From: an uncultured Flavobacteriales bacterium
Lineage (GTDB): Bacteria > Bacteroidota > Bacteroidia > Flavobacteriales > BACL11
Direction: 5' to 3'
NCBI GenBank assembly: GCA_913031595.1
Contig: CAJWCP010000004.1
Location: 1 to 62,909 of the forward strand
DNA length: 62,909 nucleotides
Within the stretch, counting starts at the first letter, position 1. Each line of letters starts with the position of its first letter. Position numbers and translations under genes: made by a program. Below, piece by piece: positions 38,680-50,798 of this stretch. Below the pieces are notes generated by a model. That model saw nothing but the letters and a program-made list of their open reading frames with translations. It was not told the origin of the DNA and made no database searches.

Positions 38680-39834
38680 GTTATAAACCTCTAACAATAT
38701 ATCTTCTTCTATTTTACTAAACTCTACTCCTCTTCTAGAAAAAACTTTAGAAGCTACATTATACATCTTAGATAATTTATATATCATAAAACCTTTAGAA
38801 CCTCCCCAACTAAAAGAAGGAATGAAGTTTCGAGGAAAACCTGCTCCAAATATATTAGCACTAACTCCAACTACTGTTCCAGTATTAAACATAGTATTAA
38901 TACTACTTTTTGAATGATCTCCCATAATTAATCCACAAAACTGTAAGGCTGTATTTTCAAATCTCTCAGAGCTATAATTCCATAATCTTACATCTGCATA
39001 ATTATTCTTTAAATTAGATATATTAGTTCCAGCACCTAAATTACACCATTCTCCAAGCACAGAGTTGCCTAAAAAACCATCATGTGACTTAGAAGAATAA
39101 CCAAACAAAACAACATTATTAAGCTCTCCTCCTACTTTACAATAAGGCCCTAGAGTTGTAGCTCCATAAATCTTTGTCCCCATTTTGACAACTGAGTTTT
39201 GACCCATAGCAAAAGGACCTCTTATCATAGATCCTTCCATAATTTCTGCATCTTTACCAATATAGATAGGACCATCACTAGTATTTAAAATACTGTGCTG
39301 TAACTTAGCTCCATCTTCAATATAAATAGGATGATTCCCAATTTTAATATTAGAATCCTTAATGTCTTCTAATATTTTTTTATCTCCCATCCACTCCATC
39401 TTCAACATCCCCATAATTTTCATATCATTCTTTATTTGTTGTCCATTTAAAGAAAATATATCTGATATTTTTTCTAAAACACTAAACTGAGCATGGGAAT
39501 CAATTATATTTAATTTATCTATATCAAAGTCATTACTCCTAAATGCAAAAACCTGACCATTTTTTGACAAGCCTTCACCTACTCTTAAATTCTTTAACTC
39601 TGTAATCAACTCCTCTGAAGGAAGAATTGATGCATTAATCCATAAATTGTCATTTAAGACATTAATAGGATATTTTGTGGCTAAATAAGCTTCTGTTTTT
39701 ACCGAAACAGAATCGTAATATATATTCCATTTTTCTTTTATGGTTAATATACCTACTCTAAAATATGCTATAGGTCTTGTAAGACTTAAAGGGTAATAAT
39801 TAATTCTATTGTTATCGTATAAAATTACATTCAT
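38650..39834 (-). CDS. GlmU-like putative sugar nucleotidyltransferase with hexapeptide repeats (Bacteroidota family)
   Basis: YPLSLTRP..RVGILTI.EKW; KSHDGFLGNSVLGEWCNLGAGT..SNLKNNY. Confidence 0.85.
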   Translation of the reverse strand: MNVILYDNNRINYYPLSLTRPIAYFRVGILTIKEKWNIYYDSVSVKTEAYLATKYPINVLNDNLWINASILPSEELITELKNLRVGEGLSKNGQVFAFRSNDFDIDKLNIIDSHAQFSVLEKISDIFSLNGQQIKNDMKIMGMLKMEWMGDKKILEDIKDSNIKIGNHPIYIEDGAKLQHSILNTSDGPIYIGKDAEIMEGSMIRGPFAMGQNSVVKMGTKIYGATTLGPYCKVGGELNNVVLFGYSSKSHDGFLGNSVLGEWCNLGAGTNISNLKNNYADVRLWNYSSERFENTALQFCGLIMGDHSKSSINTMFNTGTVVGVSANIFGAGFPRNFIPSFSWGGSKGFMIYKLSKMYNVASKVFSRRGVEFSKIEEDILLEVYNLTKRYRNEV

Positions 39835-39852
39835 TATGAGACAAATTTAAAT

Positions 39853-39884
39853 AAAAAAGCCTACAAGAAAACATGCAGGCCTTT
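39853..39884 (-). terminator. Intrinsic terminator after the L31 gene
   Basis: GCCTGCA-TGTTTTCT-TGTAGGC followed by T6. Confidence 0.75.
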
Positions 39885-39904
39885 AAAGAGTAATTTGAAA
39901 AATA

Positions 39905-40159
39905 TTATTTCTGAAACTTCTTGTATTTATTTTTAAACTTATCAATTCTCCCAGCAGTATCAATCATTTTTGCATTACCTGTATAGAAAGGATGAGAATC
40001 AGAAGATATCTCCATTTTTACTAGAGGATATTCCTTGCCATCCTCCCATTTAATAGTTTCATTTGTTTCTGCGCATGACCTAGTTAAAATTGAAAAATCT
40101 GTTGAAACGTCTTTAAAAACACATAATCTATAATTATCTGGATGTATATCTTTCTTCAT
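39905..40159 (-). CDS. rpmE: 50S ribosomal protein L31, type B
   Basis: [28 protein letters not shown]; start moved to ATG 40159 because promoter TACTTTTG lies at 40183-40190. Confidence 0.95.
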   Translation of the reverse strand: MKKDIHPDNYRLCVFKDVSTDFSILTRSCAETNETIKWEDGKEYPLVKMEISSDSHPFYTGNAKMIDTAGRIDKFKNKYKKFQK

Positions 40160-40237
40160 TTTATTAAATCTTATTTGGGCTGCAAAAGTAATAAGTTTAA
40201 TCAATTCTACAAAAAACTAATAAGTAATTATATCAAA

Positions 40238-41164
40238 TTAGTTTTTAAGTAATGAATTTGTAGCTTTTACTCCTTCTGCAGAAGATCTTAATTGATCAAT
40301 CTCTTGGTCTGTTAAATTGATTTGAATAATTTCTTCAATTCCATTCTTACCCAATATTACAGGAACCCCTAAACATAAATCATATAAATCATATTCTCCA
40401 TCTAAAAATGAAGAACAAGGGAAAACCTTACGTTGATTACATGCTATTGATTGTACTAAAGCCGAAACTGCTGCTCCAGGAGCATACCATGCTGATGTTC
40501 CTAACATAGATGTCAAAGTAGCTCCACCCACCTTAGTATCTTCTAATACTCTTTCCAATCTTTCTTCTGACAAAAATTCTGAAACTCTGACACTATTTCT
40601 TGTCGCTAATCTAGTTAAGGGAACCATACCTTTATCTGAATGACCTCCTATCACCATACCATCAATATCTGAAGAGGGACATTGTAAAGCTTCTGCTAAA
40701 CGATATTTAAAACGTGCACTATCTAAAGCCCCTCCCATCCCAATAATCTTATTCTTAGGCAATTCTGTAGTTCTATGTACTAAATAAGTCATAGTATCCA
40801 TTGGATTACTAACAATAATTAATATCACATTAGGAGAAGTATTTACAACTTCTTTAGCAACTGACTGTACAATACCTGCATTAATACCTATCAATTCTTC
40901 TCTAGTCATACCTGGCTTCCTTGGTATACCTGAAGTAATTACTGCAATATCGCTTCCTGCTGTTTTGGAATAATCATTGGTTGACCCTATAATTTGCGTA
41001 TCAAATCCATTTAAAGATGCTGTCTGCATCAAATCCATTGCTTTACCTTCAGCAAATTTCGGTTTTATATCTACAAGAACAACTTCAGAGGCAAAATTCT
41101 TTATTGCTATATATTCTGCACAACTTGCGCCCACAGCACCAGCACCTACTACTGTAACTTTCAT
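40238..41164 (-). CDS. mdh: Malate dehydrogenase (LDH-like)
   Basis: GAGAVG, PRKPGMTREEL, VSNPMD, LDSARF, GGH. Confidence 0.95.
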   Translation of the reverse strand: MKVTVVGAGAVGASCAEYIAIKNFASEVVLVDIKPKFAEGKAMDLMQTASLNGFDTQIIGSTNDYSKTAGSDIAVITSGIPRKPGMTREELIGINAGIVQSVAKEVVNTSPNVILIIVSNPMDTMTYLVHRTTELPKNKIIGMGGALDSARFKYRLAEALQCPSSDIDGMVIGGHSDKGMVPLTRLATRNSVRVSEFLSEERLERVLEDTKVGGATLTSMLGTSAWYAPGAAVSALVQSIACNQRKVFPCSSFLDGEYDLYDLCLGVPVILGKNGIEEIIQINLTDQEIDQLRSSAEGVKATNSLLKN

Positions 41165-41194
41165 ATTTTATTTGTTTCTAACATTATTATTATT

Positions 41195-43153
<1,959 letters not shown>

Positions 43154-43181
43154 TTAATTCACATCTATTTTAAAAAACAAA

Positions 43182-43189
43182 CAAATATA
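43182..43189 (-). promoter_or_regulatory. -7 promoter element of gyrB
   Basis: TATATTTG. Confidence 0.6.
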
Positions 43190-43241
43190 CAAATTTAGCA
43201 TCTTAAATAGACCTTTAATAGAGTATAATAATAGCTTTATT

Positions 43242-43261
43242 TTATCAACAAAAGTTGATAA
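43242..43261. repeat. Inverted repeat with DnaA-box-like arms
   Basis: TTATCAAC-AAAA-GTTGATAA. Confidence 0.55.
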
Positions 43262-43264
43262 CTT

Positions 43265-44941
43265 TTAGAAAGAATAACTTACTCCAAAAACTCCGTTAAA
43301 ACCAAAATTTTTATAATCTATCCAGAACTCATTTTTTGAGTTAGTTAAGTTATTGAGGTCAAAATAAAAAGATAGTTGTTTAGAATAATTATAATGCAGT
43401 TCTAAGTTTGCATGAAAGACTGAAGAAAGTGACATAACTTCTGGCAAAGGCGAATCTGCAGGTGAGTAATGAAATTCTTTACGTGAAAGTCGTTGCCCTA
43501 TATATGCAAAAGAAGGAGTAATATATATCTTTTCCCGCAAATTAATTGGAAGACTTAAATGAGACTCAATATTAGGATGATGATAAACCTCTTCATTCCA
43601 ATGATAAAATTTAAAAATAGCATCTAAGGACAATATTTTACTAAAAGTCAAATTGTAATTAGACTTAATAGTTAATTGCTGAAGATCCATGTAATTTATC
43701 TTAAACCTAATATAGTCATCAGTCTGAACAGCTACAAAATATGGGAAATCAGTTAAAAACCCATAAGAAAAATCTACATTAAAGAACTGACCTTTTCCTA
43801 AGATATTATAAATAGAGAAATAAAACTCATCATTCTCTGCCATTCTAACTTCTTGTTTCACTCTATCATCTGCATATCCCAAAACACTCTGATTCATTCC
43901 ATAAGAGTGAATATATGGATTCTCATTAAAAATAGATCTGAGAGTGTTCCTGTACTCTATATGGCGTAATCCTGTTTGGATTAATAATATATCTTCTACT
44001 ATTTCTTTAGAAATCTGAAAATGTGGAGCAAAACCAAAAGAAACATTAGTATCTTGCTCTAACTTTACCTCTAATCCTAATTGAAAATCAAAACCATATG
44101 TATTGATATCAAGTGAAGGAGCGAACCTGATTAAACTCACTCCCAAACCTTTATACGCAGTATCAATACTATTATAATTCAAATATCTGTTCAATTCTAA
44201 ACCAAGAGAAAAATCTAACCCATAAACATTCTTTTCAAGATTAGAATTGACGAAAAACTCATTCTCAACCCCCTGATTCAAATCAGAAGCAAAAAAAACA
44301 GTATGATGTCTCAACTTATTTTCGTCTCTTTCTTTAGATAATACTGAAAACAAGATTTCACTAAATGAAAATCGATTGTAGAAAGGATTATTCATCTTGG
44401 AATTATCATCTGTCCCCTTACCATAGGTGAAAAACCCTTTGTTCTCATATTCTAAATGTCCTGTATAAATATTCTTGTCTTTTATTATCTTACCAGAAAT
44501 ATTAATATCATATATACTACTGCCTGCCTCTTTCGCATCAATCTTAATGTTATTTGAATATTGATTAAGCAAGATACTATAAGAAGATCTTTTTGATCTT
44601 TTACTGTTGTACAAAAGAGAAGATCTAGAGGTAACTCCAAATCCAGTTCCAAGTGACATCCTAGTATTAAATAATTGAGAAATCTTACTTGCTTTCACTG
44701 TAGCAGGACGTAAAGGATTAATCTTAAAATCTGATTTAATATCAACATCTATAATATTATATTCTTGCATTCTATTTTCCTTTATTGTATCTATAAGAAT
44801 AGCATTCTCGTTGAGCCTATTAGCCTCGGGAATAGAAGGGTTAAAACCCTCTATCACTTTTACCTTAGTATTATTAATATCCTGAGCAAAAAGAAACTCT
44901 ACAGTCAAGATTAATATAAAAAATAGATTATTCGGTCTCAT
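43265..44941 (-). CDS. Outer-membrane beta-barrel protein (TonB-dependent-receptor-like, no obvious plug)
   Basis: Signal peptide FA-Q; amphipathic strands; DLNNLTN..GVSYSF terminal Phe. Confidence 0.75.
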   Translation of the reverse strand: MRPNNLFFILILTVEFLFAQDINNTKVKVIEGFNPSIPEANRLNENAILIDTIKENRMQEYNIIDVDIKSDFKINPLRPATVKASKISQLFNTRMSLGTGFGVTSRSSLLYNSKRSKRSSYSILLNQYSNNIKIDAKEAGSSIYDINISGKIIKDKNIYTGHLEYENKGFFTYGKGTDDNSKMNNPFYNRFSFSEILFSVLSKERDENKLRHHTVFFASDLNQGVENEFFVNSNLEKNVYGLDFSLGLELNRYLNYNSIDTAYKGLGVSLIRFAPSLDINTYGFDFQLGLEVKLEQDTNVSFGFAPHFQISKEIVEDILLIQTGLRHIEYRNTLRSIFNENPYIHSYGMNQSVLGYADDRVKQEVRMAENDEFYFSIYNILGKGQFFNVDFSYGFLTDFPYFVAVQTDDYIRFKINYMDLQQLTIKSNYNLTFSKILSLDAIFKFYHWNEEVYHHPNIESHLSLPINLREKIYITPSFAYIGQRLSRKEFHYSPADSPLPEVMSLSSVFHANLELHYNYSKQLSFYFDLNNLTNSKNEFWIDYKNFGFNGVFGVSYSF

Positions 44942-47900
44942 TCTTAATAGAGTCGGTTTGTATTTTTAAACTGTCTGGCATCTCCACTTCATAATACTCA
45001 TCTATAATGTTCATACTAGAAGAAATAGAATCAAACTCATAATCTATATCCTCTTCAAAAATATTAATATAAGAGGAGGGCGCTTTAATTTTAGGCGGAA
45101 TAGACTCACTCTCTAAGATGAATTCCCATTTCTTACGAGCAATATTAACTAACTCCTGATCTCCTTCATAATTACTAATAATGCTTTCCAAAGCGGCTTT
45201 TGCTTGAAAACGATTACCTTGATCTATATAAATATCTGCAAGCAATAAAAAAGATTTAGCTATAAAGTAATCATTTGTATAATCTTCTGCTAATTTAAAG
45301 ATCATAGCTTCAGCTAAATTTAAGCTATCATCTAAATAAGTCAAATAAGTCAAATAGTATGCTGCTTCAGCGCCTTCATCATATTTGGACAACTGATGAA
45401 CTTCTGCAAATGTCTTACGAGATTTTGCATAATTACCACTTTTAAATTCATCTCTAGCAACAATAAGGCTTGCTTTACTAAGAAGCTTATTATCCTTCTT
45501 ATCTAAAGCAATAACCTTATTAGCATATTTAAGCGCTAAATTGCTGTCTAAGAATTCATTCCCATACATAAGATTAATAATTGCCTCTCTAGATAAAGTG
45601 TTATTTGAAGCTATTAGCTCTAACTCTTGATAATATTGGTTAGATAAAGTAAAATTATTTAAGAAATAATACCTTCTAGCTAAAAATACTAAAGCTGGTT
45701 CTTTATAATTATTAGAAGCATTAGACTTGACAATATCTTTATATAAAGTAATTGCTGAAGTCGTATCTTTAAGATTAATTAGACAAAGAGCATTATAATA
45801 CTTAGCATCATCAATAAAAACCCCTTCACCACCAAACTTACTAATATATTTATCAAATGTAGTATTAGCTAACTCATAATTTGCTTCTGAAAACTTTAAA
45901 AATGCTGCACTATATATTAATGAATCTTGCTCAAATGCTGAAAGAGTCATTTCAGGTAACTCCTCAATAATATTAAGATATTTATCAATCTCTCCTAAAG
46001 TTGTGTATGCAGATTGTAATCCAGCTAAACCTTCTCTAAAATATTTTGTTTTCTGATAATTATTAATTACAAATAAGAATTGATCAATAGCTTCCTCAAT
46101 ATTATTATTATTAAAAAAAATCATACCCTTACTTAATCTAGTTTCGGCTATTAAGTTTTCATCTTGACTAGAAGCTAATAATGCATCATAATAATTCAAT
46201 GATTCAGTATAATCTTCTATATTCTGATAATAACTTGCTAAAACATATAAAGCATCATCAAAATAAACAGAATTTGGATAACGACTTTGAAAGGTCTTTA
46301 ATAATTCTAACTGAGAATTATAATCACCTAGCAAAGCTAGACATGTTGATCGATTATACATAGCATAATCCGAATCAAAAAGATCATATTGAATAGCCTT
46401 ATTATAATATTTCTCAGCTAAAAGATAATTATTAGTCATAAAAAAACAATCTGCAATGCGTAAATAGGTGTCATTCAGCTTCATACTGTCTTTCGCTAAT
46501 TTCTCATATAATCTAAAATACTTATTTGATAATTCGAATTCTTGCTGATGGAAATAACAATATGCTATATTATATTTTTGCAAAACCTCATAATGTTCCA
46601 AATTAATATTATTTGATACCGGTAATTTACTATATATCTCAGCAGCTTTATTGTAATTAGAAAGCTGATAATAACAGTCGGCAAGCCAAAAATGAGATAA
46701 AAAAGAAAAGTCAGCATTAATCTTATACTGATTAGACTGACTAAAATAACTTAATGCTAATTTATAATCAAGAGAATTATATGCCTGTACACCAAGAAAA
46801 TAAGAAAGTTGCTGTATTGAAGCCTGTTGATCAAGATTTGGAAGATATATATTTTCTAAAGAGCTAAGAGCCTCTCCATATCTACTAGTTCCTTTTAATG
46901 TTTTAGCCATTAAAGTTTCGATATGCTTCCTATGCAAGGGATTGTCAAAGTCTTCTAAGTAAGTACGTAAAATATTTAAAGTATTATCGAAAGGTAATTC
47001 AAGCTGATAAGATAATTTCGCATAATTAAAATATGCCTCTTCTTTTATGATTAAATCATAATTATATGTTGATGCCTTCTTAAATGCCTGTAACGCATAA
47101 TAATAATTTTCATTCTTAAGATATGAAGAAGCTAAATAATATGTAGAGTTTTGCATTACACTATCTGGAGAATTAACAACTCTTTCTAAGAATAAAATAG
47201 CTTTATCATAATTCTCTATCCTAAAATAAGAATGTCCTAATAAAAAACAGATAATGGATGAAGGCTCTTCTATTACAGAAAGATAATTATTAAAATAACG
47301 AACAGCGTTCTTATAATCGTCAAGCGCATAATAAGACTCTGCTAGCAATCTATGCATTTCTTCTATTCTAGAGCCTTTAATATTATCTAAAATTGGCTTA
47401 GTAAAATCAATTAATTCACCATAACGCTTCTGAGCAAAATAAATATGTGTTATATAGTAAGGCACTATATGTTTGAATTTCTTGTCATCTAATAACTTAC
47501 TGAATTCGTTTAAAGCTGTTTTATATAACTCATTCTCGTATGCAATATAAGCGTAATAATATCGTGATGCAGCTGTATATTTACTATTTCTCTCTATTAA
47601 TTTTGAAAAATAATATGTTGCCTCAGAAAAAGCGTTAATGCGAAAATTAGCATAAGCCAGCTTAAACAATAAATCATTTTTCTGATCTATTTCCTCTATA
47701 CTAAGGAAAAAAGCAATAGCCTTTTCATAATCTTGATCGCGAAAATGAAGCAAGGCTATGTCTTGATGGGCCTGTGGAATAAATTTACTATAAGAATATT
47801 TATCCAAATAATCAGCATATAAATGATATGCATCTTCTAAGAAAAGCTCTTTTGAACACCTTGCATTATAATAATCGACAAATTCATTTGCCTCTCCATT

Positions 47901-48077
47901 ATTAATAATTTTCTGACATATAGATTGTACTGCACTGTACTTTCTATCCTGAAATAATTGCATGATTTCCTGCTTATTTAATGCTTGTCCAAAAACAAAA
48001 ACTTGAAAGTGAAGATAAAAAAGAATTAAAAATAATCGTCTAATCATCAAAAACATATATGATTTAAAATTAATCAA
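44928..48077 (-). CDS. Large tetratricopeptide-repeat protein, probably exported
   Basis: Many TPR units (LAYANF, LGHSYF, WLADCYY, RIADCFF); hydrophobic N-terminus; start may be a later Met. Confidence 0.9.
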   Translation of the reverse strand: MINFKSYMFLMIRRLFLILFYLHFQVFVFGQALNKQEIMQLFQDRKYSAVQSICQKIINNGEANEFVDYYNARCSKELFLEDAYHLYADYLDKYSYSKFIPQAHQDIALLHFRDQDYEKAIAFFLSIEEIDQKNDLLFKLAYANFRINAFSEATYYFSKLIERNSKYTAASRYYYAYIAYENELYKTALNEFSKLLDDKKFKHIVPYYITHIYFAQKRYGELIDFTKPILDNIKGSRIEEMHRLLAESYYALDDYKNAVRYFNNYLSVIEEPSSIICFLLGHSYFRIENYDKAILFLERVVNSPDSVMQNSTYYLASSYLKNENYYYALQAFKKASTYNYDLIIKEEAYFNYAKLSYQLELPFDNTLNILRTYLEDFDNPLHRKHIETLMAKTLKGTSRYGEALSSLENIYLPNLDQQASIQQLSYFLGVQAYNSLDYKLALSYFSQSNQYKINADFSFLSHFWLADCYYQLSNYNKAAEIYSKLPVSNNINLEHYEVLQKYNIAYCYFHQQEFELSNKYFRLYEKLAKDSMKLNDTYLRIADCFFMTNNYLLAEKYYNKAIQYDLFDSDYAMYNRSTCLALLGDYNSQLELLKTFQSRYPNSVYFDDALYVLASYYQNIEDYTESLNYYDALLASSQDENLIAETRLSKGMIFFNNNNIEEAIDQFLFVINNYQKTKYFREGLAGLQSAYTTLGEIDKYLNIIEELPEMTLSAFEQDSLIYSAAFLKFSEANYELANTTFDKYISKFGGEGVFIDDAKYYNALCLINLKDTTSAITLYKDIVKSNASNNYKEPALVFLARRYYFLNNFTLSNQYYQELELIASNNTLSREAIINLMYGNEFLDSNLALKYANKVIALDKKDNKLLSKASLIVARDEFKSGNYAKSRKTFAEVHQLSKYDEGAEAAYYLTYLTYLDDSLNLAEAMIFKLAEDYTNDYFIAKSFLLLADIYIDQGNRFQAKAALESIISNYEGDQELVNIARKKWEFILESESIPPKIKAPSSYINIFEEDIDYEFDSISSSMNIIDEYYEVEMPDSLKIQTDSIKNETE

Positions 48078-48184
48078 TATAGATCTCCAATAAATTGATT
48101 ATAAATGGAGTTTTCAACACTATTTTTTAACAATTATTGATACGTGTTTTGTTAATATAACAATAAATTTATTTATTTGCTTGA

Positions 48185-48397
48185 ATGTTATATGTCTTAA
48201 AAATTAAAGGAACAGAAACCATTCCTGATTTTGTACAAATTAGAGACAAGGATCTTACCTTACTAGCTTATTTCAGATTAAGCCAAATAGAGAAAGGATT
48301 AAAAAAAAGTAACTTAGAAAAAGACCTAGAGGGATTATCACTACTAATCAAAAAAATTCCATTTGGAAAAATACATGAATACCCTAATAATGAATAA
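48185..48397 (+). CDS. Small conserved hypothetical protein
   Basis: KIKG..IPDFVQIRD...LLAYFR motif recalled from Bacteroidota; overlaps the ftsE start. Confidence 0.7.
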   Translation: MLYVLKIKGTETIPDFVQIRDKDLTLLAYFRLSQIEKGLKKSNLEKDLEGLSLLIKKIPFGKIHEYPNNE

Positions 48398-49073
48398 ACC
48401 TATTATAACTTTAGACGAAGTAGATATATACCAAGATAAACAAAAAGTTTTTCAAAACATCTCACTAAGCATACTAGAGGGAGAATTTGTTTATCTAATT
48501 GGCCCAACAGGAAGTGGAAAAAGTTCTCTACTTAAAACTTTATATGGAGAAATAAAAGCCGATAAAGGAAAGATTACGTTATCAAATATGAATCTAAATA
48601 CAATAACTGCAAAAGATATTCCTTCTCTTAGAAGACAATTAGGTATCATATTTCAAGATTTTCAATTACTCAATGACCGTAATCTCTTTAAAAATCTAGA
48701 GTTTGTATTAAAAGCAACTGGATGGAAAGACGCAAACAAAATAAATACACGAATTGAAGAGGTTTTGGAAAGCGTTTATTTATCAGAATCTTTTAAAAAA
48801 ATGCCTTATGAGCTTTCAGGAGGAGAAAAACAAAGAGCCTCAATTGCTAGAGCTTTACTGAATCATCCTAAGATTATTCTAGCTGATGAACCCACTGGCA
48901 ATCTAGACCCTCTTAAGTCTGAAAAAATCATTCAACTTCTAAAAGAAATAAATAAAAAAGGAACTACAATTGTAATCGCAACGCATGATTATGATATAAT
49001 CAGAAAATATAATGCAAGAACGATCAAATGTGAGAATCAAAAAATATCTACAATTGAAACTTATGAGCTATAA
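48390..49073 (+). CDS. ftsE: FtsE-like ABC ATPase
   Basis: GPTGSGKS, LRRQLGIIFQDFQLL.DR, LSGGEKQR, ADEPTGNLD, ATHD; start uncertain (48375 or 48390). Confidence 0.82.
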   Translation: MNKPIITLDEVDIYQDKQKVFQNISLSILEGEFVYLIGPTGSGKSSLLKTLYGEIKADKGKITLSNMNLNTITAKDIPSLRRQLGIIFQDFQLLNDRNLFKNLEFVLKATGWKDANKINTRIEEVLESVYLSESFKKMPYELSGGEKQRASIARALLNHPKIILADEPTGNLDPLKSEKIIQLLKEINKKGTTIVIATHDYDIIRKYNARTIKCENQKISTIETYEL

Positions 49074-50089
49074 TGTCTATTATTAAACAAAATTATTCTC
49101 TGAGAAATTATAATACTTTTGGAATTACTGCTAAAACAAAATATTTTACAAGCTTTACCTCAGAAGAGGAATTAATCAAGCTCTTAGAAAATGATATTTG
49201 TAAGTTAGAAAAAATGCTAATTCTAGGAGGAGGATCTAACATATTACTAAGTGAAGATTTTGATGGAATAACACTTTTAAATGATGTAAAAGGCATCAAT
49301 ATAATAAAAGAAAATTCCAAAGAAGTAATTATAGAAGTAGGTGCAGGAGAAATATGGCATGACTTTGTTCTATGGAGCGTAAAAAAAGGATTTTCTGGTA
49401 TTGAAAACTTAGCTCTAATACCAGGTTCTGTAGGCGCATCTCCTATGCAAAATATTGGAGCCTATGGAGTAGAAGTTAAAGATTTCATTACACAAGTCTA
49501 TTACATTGATATTGCAAAAAAGAAAAAGAAAGAGTTAAATAATAATGAATGTGGATTCGAATATAGAAACTCTATCTTTAAGGGCAGATTAAAAGGAAAA
49601 GGGATAGTAACAAAAGTCATATTTAAACTATATAAAACACCTATTAATAATACCGATTATGGAGACATTAAAGAAGAGTTGAAAAAACTCAAAAAGAATG
49701 CTTCTCCAATAAATATAACAGAAGCTGTTATTAATATTAGAAATAGAAAACTTCCAGATCCTGCTATATTAGGAAATTGTGGAAGTTTTTTCAAAAACCC
49801 TATTATTAAAAACTCCAAATTCAAAAAATTAAAAAAAGAATTTCCAAATGTAATTGGTTATAAAATATCAAATACAAAAACAAAAGTATCAGCAGGATGG
49901 TTAATTGATAATGCAGGTCTGAAAGGGTACAGAGAAAAAAACGTAGGCATCCACAACAAACAAGCATTAGTGTTAGTCAATCATGGAAATGCCAAAGGAA
50001 AAGATATCCTTAAGTTAGCTGAAAAAATTGAATTAATCATTAAAAAAAAATATGACATATCTCTTGAAAAAGAAGTAAATATTATATGA
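49073..50089 (+). CDS. murB: UDP-N-acetylenolpyruvoylglucosamine reductase
   Basis: YNTFGI, GGGSNIL, IPGSVGASPMQNIGAYG, GSFFKNP, QALVLVN. Confidence 0.97.
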   Translation: MSIIKQNYSLRNYNTFGITAKTKYFTSFTSEEELIKLLENDICKLEKMLILGGGSNILLSEDFDGITLLNDVKGINIIKENSKEVIIEVGAGEIWHDFVLWSVKKGFSGIENLALIPGSVGASPMQNIGAYGVEVKDFITQVYYIDIAKKKKKELNNNECGFEYRNSIFKGRLKGKGIVTKVIFKLYKTPINNTDYGDIKEELKKLKKNASPINITEAVINIRNRKLPDPAILGNCGSFFKNPIIKNSKFKKLKKEFPNVIGYKISNTKTKVSAGWLIDNAGLKGYREKNVGIHNKQALVLVNHGNAKGKDILKLAEKIELIIKKKYDISLEKEVNII

Positions 50090-50130
50090 ATACTACTCAA
50101 TAAATAGAAATGTTGCTATTTAGAAACTAT

Positions 50131-50745
50131 TTACCTTTTAAAATAAGGCATCTTTTTACTTGCATGTCTCATTAACCCCTCAACTAACCTGCTTGGAGAA
50201 GATCCTATTCCTCCAGAATATTTATGATCATATTTCCATATTAAAGATTTATCTTCGCAATTCTTAATACTCAATGTTACAACAACCTCATTCGTGTTGG
50301 TTCCAACACCTGCCAATAACGCTAAAGCTATTGCTCCTCCAGCCGACATAGGTTTAGATAAGCCAAAATTAGAGGTGATAACACCATCAACTCCAAGTAT
50401 ATCACATATTTCGCTTGTTGTTAAAAATTGAATATCCTTACCTGACTTAGCCAACAATGCATTTGTCTCCTCTACATCTTGAATATCAACAAGTATTTTT
50501 CCTTTAGATTTTCTTTTTAACATATATTTATAAATTTCTTGTTGAAACTCAATTGAACTTGTTCGTTGAGATTCTTGAATTGCATCTGCATTATCTTTCT
50601 TTCTAGCTTTAATACTAACCTTAGGTTTTACAATGGCTATTATTTCATGCTTATTAGCAATAGTTTTTCCATTAGGTGCTAAATAAATTGAAGCACAACC
50701 TGAAAATATTATAGCTAAAATTAATAGTGGTAAAATTCTTTTCAT
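50131..50745 (-). CDS. Hypothetical lipoprotein
   Basis: MKRILPLLILAIIFSG-C lipobox from ATG 50745; LGVDGVI and a Gly/Ala-rich hydrophobic segment. Confidence 0.75.
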   Translation of the reverse strand: MKRILPLLILAIIFSGCASIYLAPNGKTIANKHEIIAIVKPKVSIKARKKDNADAIQESQRTSSIEFQQEIYKYMLKRKSKGKILVDIQDVEETNALLAKSGKDIQFLTTSEICDILGVDGVITSNFGLSKPMSAGGAIALALLAGVGTNTNEVVVTLSIKNCEDKSLIWKYDHKYSGGIGSSPSRLVEGLMRHASKKMPYFKR

Positions 50746-50798
50746 TTGATTATTTTTTGACGGTGAATTTAGTAAAATTTTCATATAAACACTAACAA

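Noticed and set aside
39905-40159. Type B L31 as a zinc-starvation paralogue
   Set aside because: The Zn-free form is the usual L31 in Bacteroidota; no Zur-like box seen
50042-50050. A9 run in murB as a slippage site
   Set aside because: It encodes KKK 13 codons from the end; a shift would only damage the C-terminus, and such runs are expected in this composition
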